Assembly (NCBI GenBank): GCA_026396175.1
Contig: JAPLXG010000006.1
Span: forward strand, 76,492-140,491
Reading direction: 5' to 3'
DNA length: 64,000 nucleotides
Origin: Candidatus Moraniibacteriota bacterium
GTDB taxonomy: Bacteria; Patescibacteriota; Minisyncoccia; Moranbacterales; UBA2206
Shown here: positions 48,527 through 59,004 of the stretch, in pieces
How positions within the stretch are numbered: the first letter of the stretch is position 1
How the letters are laid out: each line of letters begins with the position of its first letter
The notes under the pieces: generated by a model
Database searches by the model: none
Seen by the model: only the letters and a program-made list of their open reading frames with translations
Told to the model about the DNA's origin: nothing
Program-made: the position numbers and the translations under genes

Positions 48527-50413
48527 ATGAAAGCAGCGAAAAAAATGCTAAAGCAGTTGGTGGCAAGGGTGTTTGTTCCCGAAACGGGGGATAGACTGGC
48601 GGAGGAGTTATGTGGCGAAGAAGGCCCACTTATCGAAAAAGCGTTTATTGGAAGCGTTTCTGAATATCCAGTCAGCGTGTTGGTCGGTTTTCTTCAATTC
48701 CTGGAGCGGTTCAGACAAAAAAACAGCTTAATGGTTAATGTCATTGATACTATCGTGCGTTTTCTTGACAGCATCGATCGTGAATTGATCAGGGGACTTG
48801 ATTTCCACGACAGTATGTATCTTTGTGTTCACCCGGCGCTCAAGAAAGTGCATCTTTTACTGCGGGAAGTCAAACAAAGAGAATCTCTGAATTTTACTCA
48901 AGCCAGGGGCGTATTTCTCTACGCAAAAAATGCGGATATAGAGCGCCGACAATCACTCCTGGAACATTTTAGATGCGCCTTTGCGGGATTTGTTGCCGGA
49001 TTGAAATATTCCGACTTCAGATGTTTGCTGAGAGAGAAAATCTATACGGAAGAGTATCTTCCGATAGTTTTATCTCATGCGGAAGTGCTTCTCATGGATC
49101 CTGAATTTTCGCTTGCTAAGCTGAAACACATGGAAGAGAACTATGAAAGTAATCCTGACTGCAAGATGGCTGTACTATTGCCTGTCGTTAAAAAATGCTA
49201 CGCCATTAGGAACGTATCAGAATTAACGGAGGCACAATCGCTCGCAGAGTTTTTGCTTAGTCCTTACTTGATCGAGGATTCGCTTGAGTCAAGTTTCGTG
49301 TGGGAACATTTTTTAGTACTGCTGAAGGCGGAGAATGATCCAACTGAAATTGAAAAAGTTTTTGAAAAGAAAGCGAGTGTTGAAATTCCTGACAACATAT
49401 TGGATTCGGTTTGCAGTCGCTACATCGCAATTCTTTCTGATGACATAAGAAGCCACAAAGAAGATCTCGCTTGGCTCTGGAAAAGGCTCTGGGGTTGTCC
49501 TTTTAACGGGGGACTGCATATTCTTGACAAATATATCAGAGAGACATTGAGGAAAACGAATCCGGAAGTTGCGTGGCAGATTGCGTGTAGTTGTTCTGGC
49601 TATAAGGAAATTGAGCCGTATAAGGAGCTGGCGCGACGAAAGTATATTGGGTGGTTTACTCCGCGGATATCAAAAGAGGAGGATGTTCGGATTTTAAATC
49701 GCTGGATAGCGATTGGCAAAAAGAAAACCGAAGAAAATGTCCTTACGCGCGTTCGTCAGCTTTGGACACCGCTTTCTTTTGGAGGCCTAAGGGTTGTTTT
49801 TGCAGACAAGATCGGCTTATTTGATGAGCGAATTCGACAACTAAAGAAAGAAATGTTAAGGGAAAAGCTTGCTCAATTTCTTGAAACAGTTCATTTGCCC
49901 GATGAACTAATCGCTATGTATGGCGATCTGCGGCCACTGCAGCAAGAAGACGATTATCGCTTTGAAAAGGCTTTTGGGCGAGCGTTCGAAGTGATAAGCT
50001 CGCAGGATTTAATTGCCTTTGAAAAGAAAAACTTGCAGGTGCCTTACCATTTTCACGGCTATATCGAGCGATGTCTAAGGGCGCCGGTTAAAGCTTGTAT
50101 TGAGGATAAGAATCTTGGACCAATGGAGCTGGTCGCTCATGCCAAAACCTTGCCCAGTATACTTGGGCATTTAGCGGGGTATCTTTTCGAGGAAGCAAAG
50201 GCGAGAATAATGACCATTGCGGACATTTCACAAATCGAAGAATTGTTCAGGGAAAGGTGTACCTTGCGAGATGCAATGGAAGAACGGTATCTTGCTCTTT
50301 TACCAGATGCTCTTTTGAATAGCTCTGAGGAAGAGCTGGATTTACGACATCAGAGATGTCCGCCCAAGCTCTATGGAAAATTTATTGAACAATTAATTGC
50401 TATCGCAGGATAG
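48527..50413 (+). CDS. Orphan 628-aa, probably alpha-helical protein
   Basis: Long ORF with AAGGGGG SD and a long downstream hairpin at 50418-50478; no motif recognised. Confidence 0.75.
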   Translation: MKAAKKMLKQLVARVFVPETGDRLAEELCGEEGPLIEKAFIGSVSEYPVSVLVGFLQFLERFRQKNSLMVNVIDTIVRFLDSIDRELIRGLDFHDSMYLCVHPALKKVHLLLREVKQRESLNFTQARGVFLYAKNADIERRQSLLEHFRCAFAGFVAGLKYSDFRCLLREKIYTEEYLPIVLSHAEVLLMDPEFSLAKLKHMEENYESNPDCKMAVLLPVVKKCYAIRNVSELTEAQSLAEFLLSPYLIEDSLESSFVWEHFLVLLKAENDPTEIEKVFEKKASVEIPDNILDSVCSRYIAILSDDIRSHKEDLAWLWKRLWGCPFNGGLHILDKYIRETLRKTNPEVAWQIACSCSGYKEIEPYKELARRKYIGWFTPRISKEEDVRILNRWIAIGKKKTEENVLTRVRQLWTPLSFGGLRVVFADKIGLFDERIRQLKKEMLREKLAQFLETVHLPDELIAMYGDLRPLQQEDDYRFEKAFGRAFEVISSQDLIAFEKKNLQVPYHFHGYIERCLRAPVKACIEDKNLGPMELVAHAKTLPSILGHLAGYLFEEAKARIMTIADISQIEELFRERCTLRDAMEERYLALLPDALLNSSEEELDLRHQRCPPKLYGKFIEQLIAIAG

Positions 50414-50498
50414 CGTAGCCAGAGTTTCTTTTTCTAATCCCAAACGGCGGGAAATGGAAAAGAACTCTGGCCTTTTTCATTTTTAGGGCTTTTTGCTA

Positions 50499-50527
50499 TT
50501 GACACAAAACAGCATCTGCGATAAGAT
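50499..50527 (+). promoter_or_regulatory. Sigma70 promoter
   Basis: TTGACA-17-TAAGAT. Confidence 0.55.
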
Positions 50528-50561
50528 TTTAGTGATGAAATAATAAGTAGTTGACTTTTTT

Positions 50562-50846
50562 ATGCTAGACAAGAAATTGAAAGAAGCGTTGGAACTTTTG
50601 GGTGGGCGAGCGGTGATCAAAGACCAAGATGAGCACTATATTTTGCTCACTTTGCGGGAGTTTCGCAAAATCCGACAGGAGGGGGTTTCGGGCTTGACAA
50701 AGCAGGAATTAGTTGATAAGATAAATAACGATATCGCTAGTTGGAAGTTTTCGCAAGAAGAAGACCAATTGGCCGAGATTGAACTGGAAACTTTGGGTGA
50801 GATCAAAAACGATGAGGTGCACTATGAAAGCGTAAACCAGGCATAA
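50562..50846 (+). CDS. Hypothetical protein
   Basis: 94-aa ORF containing LTKQELVDKINNDIASWK. Confidence 0.7.
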   Translation: MLDKKLKEALELLGGRAVIKDQDEHYILLTLREFRKIRQEGVSGLTKQELVDKINNDIASWKFSQEEDQLAEIELETLGEIKNDEVHYESVNQA

Positions 50847-51025
50847 AGAGTTATCCACAGTATGAGCACATTTTTTATTTGTCAAAATTAGTTTTTTAGG
50901 GTAGAGTAGTATTTGTGTTAAAATTTAATTAAATTTAATAATAACCAAAAATCGCAAAGCTGTTGCGGGAATAGTTTCTTTTCCAAAAGAAGTCTCCAGC
51001 ACCTATTGCGTAAGTTACCAAACAT

Positions 51026-52219
51026 ATGGCAGCAGAAAAATTCGCAAGAACCAAGCCCCATGTTAATGTTGGAACTATCGGTCACGTTGACCATGGAAAA
51101 ACCACATTGACAGCGGCAATCCTTCACGTGCTCAGTTTTCTTGGACAAGCCAAGGAAAAGAGTATTGATGAAATTGACAAAGCCCCAGAAGAGAGGGAGC
51201 GTGGAATTACCATTGCTACTGCTCACTGTGAATATGAATCCCAAAAGAGACATTATGCTCACGTAGACTGCCCGGGACATGCCGACTACATCAAAAATAT
51301 GATTACCGGTGCTGCTCAGATGGACGGAGCGATTTTAGTTGTGGCTGCGACTGATGGTCCTATGCCTCAGACTCGCGAACACATCCTTTTGGCTAAACAA
51401 GTTGGCGTACCAGAAATCGTGGTTTTCCTTAATAAGGTGGATATGGTGGATGACGCCGAACTGATTGATCTCGTGGAAGCCGAAGTGAGAGAACTTTTGA
51501 CAAAGTATGAATTTGATGGTGATAACGCAGTTGTGATTCGTGGGTCAGCTTTGAAAGCGCTTGAAGCTAAATCAGCCGAAGAAGAGGCTGCAAAGCCAGT
51601 AATTGACTTGATTGCTGCCCTTGACACAAAAATTCCTGATCCAGTTCGTGAAATGGACAAACCTTTCCTTTTGCCAATCGAAGATATCTTCACAATCGAA
51701 GGCCGGGGAACAGTGGTGACCGGAAGAATTGAGCGAGGCGTGATCAACATCAATGAAGAAGTGGAAATCATCGGACTTCGCCCAACGCAAAAAACAGTGG
51801 TGACTGGAATTGAAATGTTCAACAAAACCTTGGATCGTGGCGAATGCGGAGACAACGCTGGAATTTTGATTCGCGGAATCAAGAAAGAAGATGTGGAAAG
51901 AGGCCAAGTTTTGGCTAAGCCAGGCTCAATTACACCGCACACTGAGTTCGAATGCGAAGTATATATCCTCACAAAAGAAGAAGGTGGACGACACACTCCA
52001 TTTTTCAAGGGTTACAAACCGCAATTCTATGTCCGAACAACTGATGTGACTGGTGAAGTTATGCTTCCAGAAGGAACTGAGATGGTTATGCCGGGAGATA
52101 CTGTTAGCTTCAAAGTGGTTTTGGGCGCGCCAGTGGCGATGGAAGAAGGCATGCGCTTTGCGATCCGCGAAGGTGGACGCACGGTTGGCGCCGGTGTGGC
52201 AACTAAGATTATCAAATAG
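51026..52219 (+). CDS. tuf: Elongation factor Tu
   Basis: [30 protein letters not shown]. Confidence 0.99.
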   Translation: MAAEKFARTKPHVNVGTIGHVDHGKTTLTAAILHVLSFLGQAKEKSIDEIDKAPEERERGITIATAHCEYESQKRHYAHVDCPGHADYIKNMITGAAQMDGAILVVAATDGPMPQTREHILLAKQVGVPEIVVFLNKVDMVDDAELIDLVEAEVRELLTKYEFDGDNAVVIRGSALKALEAKSAEEEAAKPVIDLIAALDTKIPDPVREMDKPFLLPIEDIFTIEGRGTVVTGRIERGVININEEVEIIGLRPTQKTVVTGIEMFNKTLDRGECGDNAGILIRGIKKEDVERGQVLAKPGSITPHTEFECEVYILTKEEGGRHTPFFKGYKPQFYVRTTDVTGEVMLPEGTEMVMPGDTVSFKVVLGAPVAMEEGMRFAIREGGRTVGAGVATKIIK

Positions 52220-52428
52220 TTTTTTCTTTGCCCAACACTAAATTTCACCAGAAAAACAGCAATTCTATATTCGCATGTCCCCCATTCGTAGCGGGGGTTT
52301 GCGAAGCAAATAACGAGAATTTGACGAAACAGATTTCATGTGTTACAGTTCTCAAATGTGAAATTAGTGTTGGATTGTAGAGGAAATTGAGGCAAAAATA
52401 AGTTTTATTTAAAAATTCGCATAAATTG

Positions 52429-52755
52429 ATGTCAAAGAACGAAGAAGAGGTAAAATCAAGAATCAGAATCAAGATTAAGGCTTATGATCACAAGATTATT
52501 GATCAATCAGCCCGTCAGATTGTCGACACTGCGCAGAGGTCAGGTGCCAGCATTGTGGGACCAGTTCCTTTGCCTACCGAAATTCGCAAATTTACTGTCA
52601 ACAAGTCCACATTTGTGCACAAAGATGCTCGTGATCAATATGAAATGCGGATCCACAAGCGACTGATTGACATTATGAGCCCAACACCAAAAACAATTGA
52701 TAGCTTGACCAATTTAGATTTACCAGCAGGAGTGGATATTGAAATCAAGATGTGA
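52429..52755 (+). CDS. rpsJ: 30S ribosomal protein S10
   Basis: [25 protein letters not shown]. Confidence 0.98.
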   Translation: MSKNEEEVKSRIRIKIKAYDHKIIDQSARQIVDTAQRSGASIVGPVPLPTEIRKFTVNKSTFVHKDARDQYEMRIHKRLIDIMSPTPKTIDSLTNLDLPAGVDIEIKM

Positions 52756-52759
52756 TTTC

Positions 52760-52914
52760 CTCTACGAGAATCTCTACGAACTACGAATAAGTACGAATAT
52801 ACGAATGATTTTAGAAAAACTTTCTTAAACTCATTCAAACTTACTGTTTAGGATTAGTATATTCGTAAAAATTCGTAGTTCGTAGAGAAAACTAAATTCG
52901 TAATTCGTAGAGAA
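52760..52914. repeat. Gene-less TACGAA inverted-repeat element
   Basis: Arms at 52771-52806 and 52853-52888, plus partial outer arms. Confidence 0.85.
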
Positions 52915-53042
52915 ACTAGTTAAAGTCCGTGCCCGGGTGTCGGTGTCGCCGGATACTAATCTAGCCAAGAAAGAAATTTCTTAACCTTTGAGAAGAGGTT
53001 TTCGGCTGGTAGTGGCCGTTTTTTATTTTATTAAAGGTCTGC

Positions 53043-53152
53043 CCCGCACCAATTCCGAAGATAGATTTTTCCAAGATAAAAATTTTTTCACGGAATCGCC
53101 TGCGGCTTAGTTAATAAGAACTATTGAAATTTATATATAGAATTGGTGCGGG
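53043..53152. repeat. CCCGCACCAATT element upstream of rplC
   Basis: 13-bp TIR; core TTCACGGAATCGCCTGCGGCTTAGTT. Confidence 0.8.
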
Positions 53153-53193
53153 ATGCTCATAATTGTAGCTTCTCGCTTCGCTCGAAGACAATT

Positions 53194-53760
53194 ATGGCAA
53201 CAAAATTCATTTTAGGCAAAAAAATCGGGATGACCACGATTTATGATGAAAAAGGCGCATTAAATGTGACTCTTTTGGAGTGTGGTGCGAAAGTGTCTCT
53301 TGTTAAGGAAAAAGGTAAGGATAAGGATAGCTACTCGGCGATTCAGTTAGAAATTGCCAAAACGAAAAATAAGACTAAGAAAAAAGAATTTCGCGTGGAA
53401 GGTAGCGAGCTAAAAAAGGACGACACTGTTGACGTTTCGATATTTGAACTGAATGAAAAAGTAATCGTTTGCGGAACGAGTAAAGCAAAGGGTTTTCAGG
53501 GCGTGGTAAAACGCTATGGATTTGCCGGAAGTTGCGCAACGCATGGTCACAAACATGACCTTCGTGCGCCTGGTTCGATTGGTTCCGGTTTTCCAGAGCA
53601 TGTCGTGAAAGGAAAGCGCATGGCAGGACGCATGGGCGGAGACCGAGTGACAACTAAGAATTTGAAAGTCGTGTTTATCGATAAGGAGAAAAATATTCTC
53701 GGAATCAAAGGTGCGATTCCCGGAATTCCCGGAGGAATCGTGGAAATTAAGGCAGTATAA
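53194..53760 (+). CDS. rplC: 50S ribosomal protein L3 (short)
   Basis: ILGKKIGMT, SKAKGFQGVVKRYGF, KGKRMAGRMG. Confidence 0.97.
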   Translation: MATKFILGKKIGMTTIYDEKGALNVTLLECGAKVSLVKEKGKDKDSYSAIQLEIAKTKNKTKKKEFRVEGSELKKDDTVDVSIFELNEKVIVCGTSKAKGFQGVVKRYGFAGSCATHGHKHDLRAPGSIGSGFPEHVVKGKRMAGRMGGDRVTTKNLKVVFIDKEKNILGIKGAIPGIPGGIVEIKAV

Positions 53761-53771
53761 TCTCAAAAAAT

Positions 53772-54413
53772 ATGGCAAATATCAAAGTCTATAATCTTGA
53801 AGGAAAAGAAATTGAAGAAATGCAAGTCTCCGATTCTGTTTTTGGTTTGCCAAAAAATGATGATTTGGTGCATCAAATTGTGGTGGCGATGGATGCAAAT
53901 AAGAGACAGGTGCTGGCGGACACAAAAACGAGAGGCGAAAGAGCAGGAAGTGGAATCAAGCCTTGGAAACAAAAGGGAACTGGTCGCGCTCGTGTTGGTT
54001 CAAGAAGAACTCCGCTTTGGAAAAAAGGAGGCGTTGTTTTTGGACCAAGCTGTGAGCGAAACTACAAACAAAAGATCAACAAGAAAATGAACCAAAAGGC
54101 AATCACCACAGTGCTCAGTGGAAAGCTGAAGGATCAAGAAATTTTTGTGGTTGATAAATTGAGCTTTACTGAAAAGAAAACCAAGGCAGTGGCCAAGATG
54201 CTGGCAAATTTCAAAATCAAAGGGAAAACTCTTTTAGCTTTTTCTGACTCCGAAAAAGAGTTCCGCATCGTGAGTCGCAACCTGGCTAAGGTGGAAAATA
54301 TTCTTACCGGGCAACTGAATGTGCTTGAGATGCTGCGACACAAAAATTTATTTATGAGCAAAGAATCTGTGACATATTTGGAAGAGAAGTATAAACAAGC
54401 TGATGCAAAATAA
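53772..54413 (+). CDS. rplD: 50S ribosomal protein L4
   Basis: [15 protein letters not shown]. Confidence 0.97.
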   Translation: MANIKVYNLEGKEIEEMQVSDSVFGLPKNDDLVHQIVVAMDANKRQVLADTKTRGERAGSGIKPWKQKGTGRARVGSRRTPLWKKGGVVFGPSCERNYKQKINKKMNQKAITTVLSGKLKDQEIFVVDKLSFTEKKTKAVAKMLANFKIKGKTLLAFSDSEKEFRIVSRNLAKVENILTGQLNVLEMLRHKNLFMSKESVTYLEEKYKQADAK

Positions 54414-54727
54414 TGGAAAATAATATCAATCCCAACCAAGAAAATATTCTCTCGAAAGTCCTTGTCGAGCCGATCGTGACTGAAGCGGCGACAGTTTTGA
54501 TTGAACAGAATAAATATATTTTCAAAATTTCTCCACGCGCGACCAAATTGCAAGTGAAGATGGCGATTGAGAAAATATATAAAGTCAAAGTGGATAAAGT
54601 CAATACGGTCAAAGTTCCCAGAAAAAGACGCACTCGCGGAAGAATTCCCGGATGCAAATCGGGTTATAGCAAGGCGATTGTGACATTGAAAGAGGGAAGC
54701 AAGATTGATGTGTTTGAAGGAAAATAA
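54413..54727 (+). CDS. rplW: 50S ribosomal protein L23
   Basis: PIVTE, KVDKVNT, KAIVTLKEG. Confidence 0.96.
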   Translation: MENNINPNQENILSKVLVEPIVTEAATVLIEQNKYIFKISPRATKLQVKMAIEKIYKVKVDKVNTVKVPRKRRTRGRIPGCKSGYSKAIVTLKEGSKIDVFEGK

Positions 54728-54773
54728 TTAATTCGTAAGTTCCCGCCGCGGCGGGATTCGCGAAGCGAATAAC

Positions 54774-55607
54774 ATGGCAATTAAGATCTACAAAAAAAAT
54801 ACCGCTGGACGTCGCAATATGTCGGTTGTTAAGGTTGACTATGTTTCAAAAAAGAAACCGGAAAAGGCGCTTTTGGCGAAACAAGGAAAATTAGCCGGAC
54901 GTTCACATGGAAAAATCTCAGTTCGTCATCAGGGTGGTGGAAATAAGCAAAGATATCGCATTGTGGATTTCTTGCAAGATAAATTTGGTGTGCCGGGACG
55001 GGTGGCGGCAATTGAGAAAGATCCAAACAGAAAGGCTTTTATTGCGCTGGTAAATTATGCTGATGGCGAGAAACGCTATATTTTAGCCACAGAAGGAATG
55101 CGCGCGGGTCAAGAAGTGCTGTCTGCCGAAAATGCTCCGGTGAAACTAGGCAACCGTGCCAAGGTGAAAAACATTCCGATTGGAACAACTATTTGCAATT
55201 TGGAACTATTTCCCGGACGTGGTGGGCAAATCATCCGTAGCGCGGGAAGCAGCGCCAGTCTCACGGCTGTTGACGAAAAGACGGCCCAGATTAAATTGCC
55301 TTCTGGGGAGATCAGACTTGTGAGTAATGAATGCTATGCGACAATCGGACAAGCCAGTAATTTTGAAAGCAATTCGATAAATTTAGGAAAAGCGGGCAAG
55401 AGCCGTTGGCTCAATATTCGTCCGGCCGTCAGAGGATCCGCCATGAATCCAGTTGATCATCCACACGGAGGAGGCGAGGGTCGCCAAGGAATTGGGCTTA
55501 AACATCCGAAAACTCCTTGGGGAAAACCAGCGCTCGGCAAGAAGACCAGAAAGAAGAAGAAATATAGTAATAAGTTTATTATCAAGCGCAGGGTAAAGCG
55601 AAAGTAG
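54774..55607 (+). CDS. rplB: 50S ribosomal protein L2
   Basis: VRGSAMNPVDHPHGGGEG. Confidence 0.98.
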   Translation: MAIKIYKKNTAGRRNMSVVKVDYVSKKKPEKALLAKQGKLAGRSHGKISVRHQGGGNKQRYRIVDFLQDKFGVPGRVAAIEKDPNRKAFIALVNYADGEKRYILATEGMRAGQEVLSAENAPVKLGNRAKVKNIPIGTTICNLELFPGRGGQIIRSAGSSASLTAVDEKTAQIKLPSGEIRLVSNECYATIGQASNFESNSINLGKAGKSRWLNIRPAVRGSAMNPVDHPHGGGEGRQGIGLKHPKTPWGKPALGKKTRKKKKYSNKFIIKRRVKRK

Positions 55608-55717
55608 GCATCCGAAAGCGCGCTACCTGCCTACCGGCAGGCAGGCGAACGCGCCCATCCGAAAAAATAAGTTCGTAGATTCGTATTTAATTCGTAGTTT
55701 CGTATCGGTATAAATAT

Positions 55718-56059
55718 ATGACTCGAAGTCTGAAAAAAGGTCCTTACGTGGACGAAAGATTAATCAAAAAAGTGCTGGACAAAAAGCCAGGCGACCGAAG
55801 CGTCATTAAGACGTGGATTCGCGCTGCGGTTATTTCTCCGGAAATGGTTGGTTTTACTTTCGGCGTCTATAATGGAAAAATATTTATTTCCGTCACACCA
55901 ACAGAAGAAATGGTAGGACACAGACTGGGGGAATTTTCTCCAACACGCAAATTCACACGGCACGGAGGCAAGATGCAAAAGGAAATGGAAACAGCAGCGA
56001 AGCAAAAAGAAGCCGATGCATCGAAAGCGGCGAAGGCTTCGGATACAGCGAAGAAGTAG
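55718..56059 (+). CDS. rpsS: 30S ribosomal protein S19
   Basis: [22 protein letters not shown]. Confidence 0.97.
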   Translation: MTRSLKKGPYVDERLIKKVLDKKPGDRSVIKTWIRAAVISPEMVGFTFGVYNGKIFISVTPTEEMVGHRLGEFSPTRKFTRHGGKMQKEMETAAKQKEADASKAAKASDTAKK

Positions 56060-56150
56060 GCATCCGAAAGCGCGCTACGAACGCGCCCATCCGAATAAAA
56101 AATTTCGTAGATTCGTATTTAATTCGTAGTTTCGTATCGGTATAAATAAT

Positions 56151-56726
56151 ATGAAAGTCACAGCAGAATTAAACAATTTAAGAATCTCTCCCCGCAAAGT
56201 GAAATTGGTCGCTGATTTGATTAAGGGAATGGACGCCTTGGAAGCAGTCAGTCAGTTGGACGTGGCGATTAAAAAGACCAGCGGGTATATGCAAAAACTG
56301 CTTTTGAGTGCTATTGCTAACGCGGAGAATAATTTCGGACTTTCCAAAAGCAATTTGTATGTACTGGACGCGGTGGTGGGTGCGGGACCGACGATGAAAA
56401 GATGGATGCCAAAAGCTTATGGACGCGCCGGAGAAATTTTGAAACGTACTTCAAAAGTCAAGATCGTTTTGGAAGAAAGAATCGAAGGTAAAGATCGCAA
56501 GAGCAAAGATCAGATGGAAAAAGAAAAGGCGGAAAGAATGAAAAAGGCAGCTGACAATCTGAAAAAAGAAGAGAAGAGAAAAGAAGAAGAGAAAAAAGAA
56601 GATACCAAAGAAGGTAAGACAGAAAAAGTGACGGATACGAAAGCCAAAAGTGCTGACACAACCAAGAAAGGTGCGATAGAAGGCAAGGGTTGGAAAAATA
56701 AGATATTTCACCGGAAGTCAATGTAA
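56151..56726 (+). CDS. rplV: 50S ribosomal protein L22 with a charged C-terminal extension
   Basis: RISPRKVKLVADLI, SAIANAENN. Confidence 0.96.
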   Translation: MKVTAELNNLRISPRKVKLVADLIKGMDALEAVSQLDVAIKKTSGYMQKLLLSAIANAENNFGLSKSNLYVLDAVVGAGPTMKRWMPKAYGRAGEILKRTSKVKIVLEERIEGKDRKSKDQMEKEKAERMKKAADNLKKEEKRKEEEKKEDTKEGKTEKVTDTKAKSADTTKKGAIEGKGWKNKIFHRKSM

Positions 56727-56820
56727 TGTATGCGAAAGCGCGCTACGAAAGCGCACATCCGAAAAAAAATAAGTTCGTAGATTCGTATTTAATTCGTAGT
56801 TTCGTATCGGTAACAAAATT

Positions 56821-57471
56821 ATGGGACACAAAGTAAATCCAGTTGGACTGCGCTTGGGGATCACTCAAGATTGGAAATCCAAATGGTTCAGCAAAAAAGA
56901 CTATAACAAGAACCTCAAGCAAGATATTGAGATCCGTTTGGAAGTGATGAAAAAATGGAAGAGCGCGTTTATTGCTGAAGTGGAAATTGAAAGATCTCAA
57001 GCGGCGGTAAAAATTATCATCAAAACTGCTCGTCCTGGAGTGCTTATCGGTCGTGGAGGTAGCGGAGTGGAAGATATTAAGCATTACATCCAAAACACTT
57101 TTTTCAAAAGCAATCGCAAGGGAGATCTGCGAATTGAAATCCAGGAAATTAAGAATTTTGAAGAGAGCGCGATGATTGTGGCACAAAACGTGGCGGAACA
57201 ATTGGAAAAAAGAATTCCTTTCAGAAGAGCAATGAAGATGATGCTTGAGCAAGCGATGAAAAATTCAACAATCAAGGGAGTGAAGATTGAAATGTCTGGG
57301 AGACTCGGTGGAGCGGAAATGTCACGTCGAGAGTGGCTTTCCAAAGGAACGCTACCACTGCACACACTGCGCGCCAATATTGATTTTGCCAGAGCAACAG
57401 CCTTTACGACTTATGGAGCAATTGGAGTGAAAGCGTGGTTGTATAAGGGGGAGGTGTTTGATAAAAAATAG
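56821..57471 (+). CDS. rpsC: 30S ribosomal protein S3
   Basis: MGHKVNPVGLRLG, GRLGGAEM. Confidence 0.98.
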   Translation: MGHKVNPVGLRLGITQDWKSKWFSKKDYNKNLKQDIEIRLEVMKKWKSAFIAEVEIERSQAAVKIIIKTARPGVLIGRGGSGVEDIKHYIQNTFFKSNRKGDLRIEIQEIKNFEESAMIVAQNVAEQLEKRIPFRRAMKMMLEQAMKNSTIKGVKIEMSGRLGGAEMSRREWLSKGTLPLHTLRANIDFARATAFTTYGAIGVKAWLYKGEVFDKK

Positions 57472-57560
57472 TATCCGAAAGCGCGCTACGAAAGCGCACA
57501 TCCGAAAAAATAATTTCGTAGATTCGTATTTAATTCGTAGTTTCGTATCGGTAAAAAATT

Positions 57561-57974
57561 ATGTTGATGCCAAAGAAAGTAAAACATAGAAAGGTGCAGA
57601 GAGGCGGAGCGATCCGTGGCAATGCAATGCGAGGAAACTCAATCAGTTTTGGCAGTTTTGGTTTGAAGGCAGTTAGTGCTAGTCTGGTTTCTTCTCGGCA
57701 GATTGAAGCGGCTCGTCGCGCAATGACCCGCTATGTGCAAAGAGGAGGCAAGATTTGGATTAGAATTTTTCCTGATAAACCAATGACCAAAAAAGGCGAT
57801 GAAACTCCGATGGGCAAAGGAAAGGGAGCCGTCGATCATTTTGTGGCTGTTGTGAAACCGGGAACAGTGATGTTCGAGATGGATGGAGTGAAAAGAGAGA
57901 TTGCCAAGGAAGCGATGCGCTTGGCGGCCCATAAGTTAAATTTGAAAACTAAGTTTGTGACGAAAGAAGAATAA
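57561..57974 (+). CDS. rplP: 50S ribosomal protein L16
   Basis: [24 protein letters not shown]. Confidence 0.98.
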   Translation: MLMPKKVKHRKVQRGGAIRGNAMRGNSISFGSFGLKAVSASLVSSRQIEAARRAMTRYVQRGGKIWIRIFPDKPMTKKGDETPMGKGKGAVDHFVAVVKPGTVMFEMDGVKREIAKEAMRLAAHKLNLKTKFVTKEE

Positions 57975-58086
57975 GCATCCGAAAGCGCGCTACGAACGCG
58001 CCCATCCGAAAAGAAATAAGCAGAGATTTTAAAAAGCAAGAATTCGTAGATTCGCATTTGATTCGTAGATTCGAATCGGTAAATAT

Positions 58087-58281
58087 ATGAAGATCAAAGA
58101 GCTAAAAGAAAAGAATACTAACGAACTCAAGAAACTGTTGGCTGAAAAGGAGGAAGGTATTCGCAAGTTTAGATTTGAGCTGGCGACCAAACAAGTGAAA
58201 GGCACAAGACAGATCAGAACTGCCAAGCGTGATGTCGCGAGGATTCTCACTCTAATTGGACAAGTTGATAAGAAAGCATAA
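58087..58281 (+). CDS. rpmC: 50S ribosomal protein L29
   Basis: IRTAKRDVARILT; operon position. Confidence 0.94.
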   Translation: MKIKELKEKNTNELKKLLAEKEEGIRKFRFELATKQVKGTRQIRTAKRDVARILTLIGQVDKKA

Positions 58282-58299
58282 AAGCTTAAAGATAATTTT

Positions 58300-58551
58300 A
58301 TGGAGAGCCAAAAAGTAGAAAAGAATAAAATCATCACTCGCAAAAAAGGCGTGGTTGTTTCTGATAAGATGGATAAAACGATCGTGGTGGCGGTAGAAAC
58401 ATTGAAAACTCATCCGAAGTACAAGAAAAAATATCGTTCAACCAAGAAATATAAGGCGCATGACGGAGAGAATAAATATAAGATCGGAGATGTTGTTGAA
58501 ATCGTGCCTTGTAAGCCGATGAGTAAAGATAAAAATTACGTGGTAGTGTAG
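58300..58551 (+). CDS. rpsQ: 30S ribosomal protein S17
   Basis: GVVVSDKMDKTIVV, HPKYKK. Confidence 0.97.
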   Translation: MESQKVEKNKIITRKKGVVVSDKMDKTIVVAVETLKTHPKYKKKYRSTKKYKAHDGENKYKIGDVVEIVPCKPMSKDKNYVVV

Positions 58552-58638
58552 CATGCGAAAGCGCGCTACGAACGCGCCCATCCGAATAAAAAATTTCGTA
58601 GATTCGTATTTAATTCGTAGTTTCGAATCGGTAAATAT

Positions 58639-59004
58639 ATGATACAAGCAGAATCAAAATTAAATGTCGCGGATAATAGTGGCGCAAAAGTCATCAAGTG
58701 CTTCAAGGTGCTTGGTGGAACAAGAAGAAGGTTTGCTCGGATCGGTGACGTTATCGTGGCAAGCGTAAAATCAGCTGAACCGCGAGGAATGGTGAAAAAA
58801 GGCGATAAGGTACGCGCTGTGATCGTGAGACAAAGAAAAGAATTTCGTCGCAAAGACGGATCATATATTCGTTTTGATGAGAATGCCGCTGTGATTGTGG
58901 AAGCGAAAGAACCGAAAGGCACACGAATTTTTGGACCGATTGCGAGAGAGATTCGTGATCGTGGTTATGCGAAAATTGCGTCGCTGGCACCAGAGGTACT
59001 ATAG
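58639..59004 (+). CDS. rplN: 50S ribosomal protein L14
   Basis: [22 protein letters not shown]. Confidence 0.98.
   Translation: MIQAESKLNVADNSGAKVIKCFKVLGGTRRRFARIGDVIVASVKSAEPRGMVKKGDKVRAVIVRQRKEFRRKDGSYIRFDENAAVIVEAKEPKGTRIFGPIAREIRDRGYAKIASLAPEVL

Noticed and set aside
50851-50859. Replication origin from a TTATCCACA box
   Set aside because: Only one box was seen, there is no dnaA/dnaN nearby, and gene strand bias does not switch.
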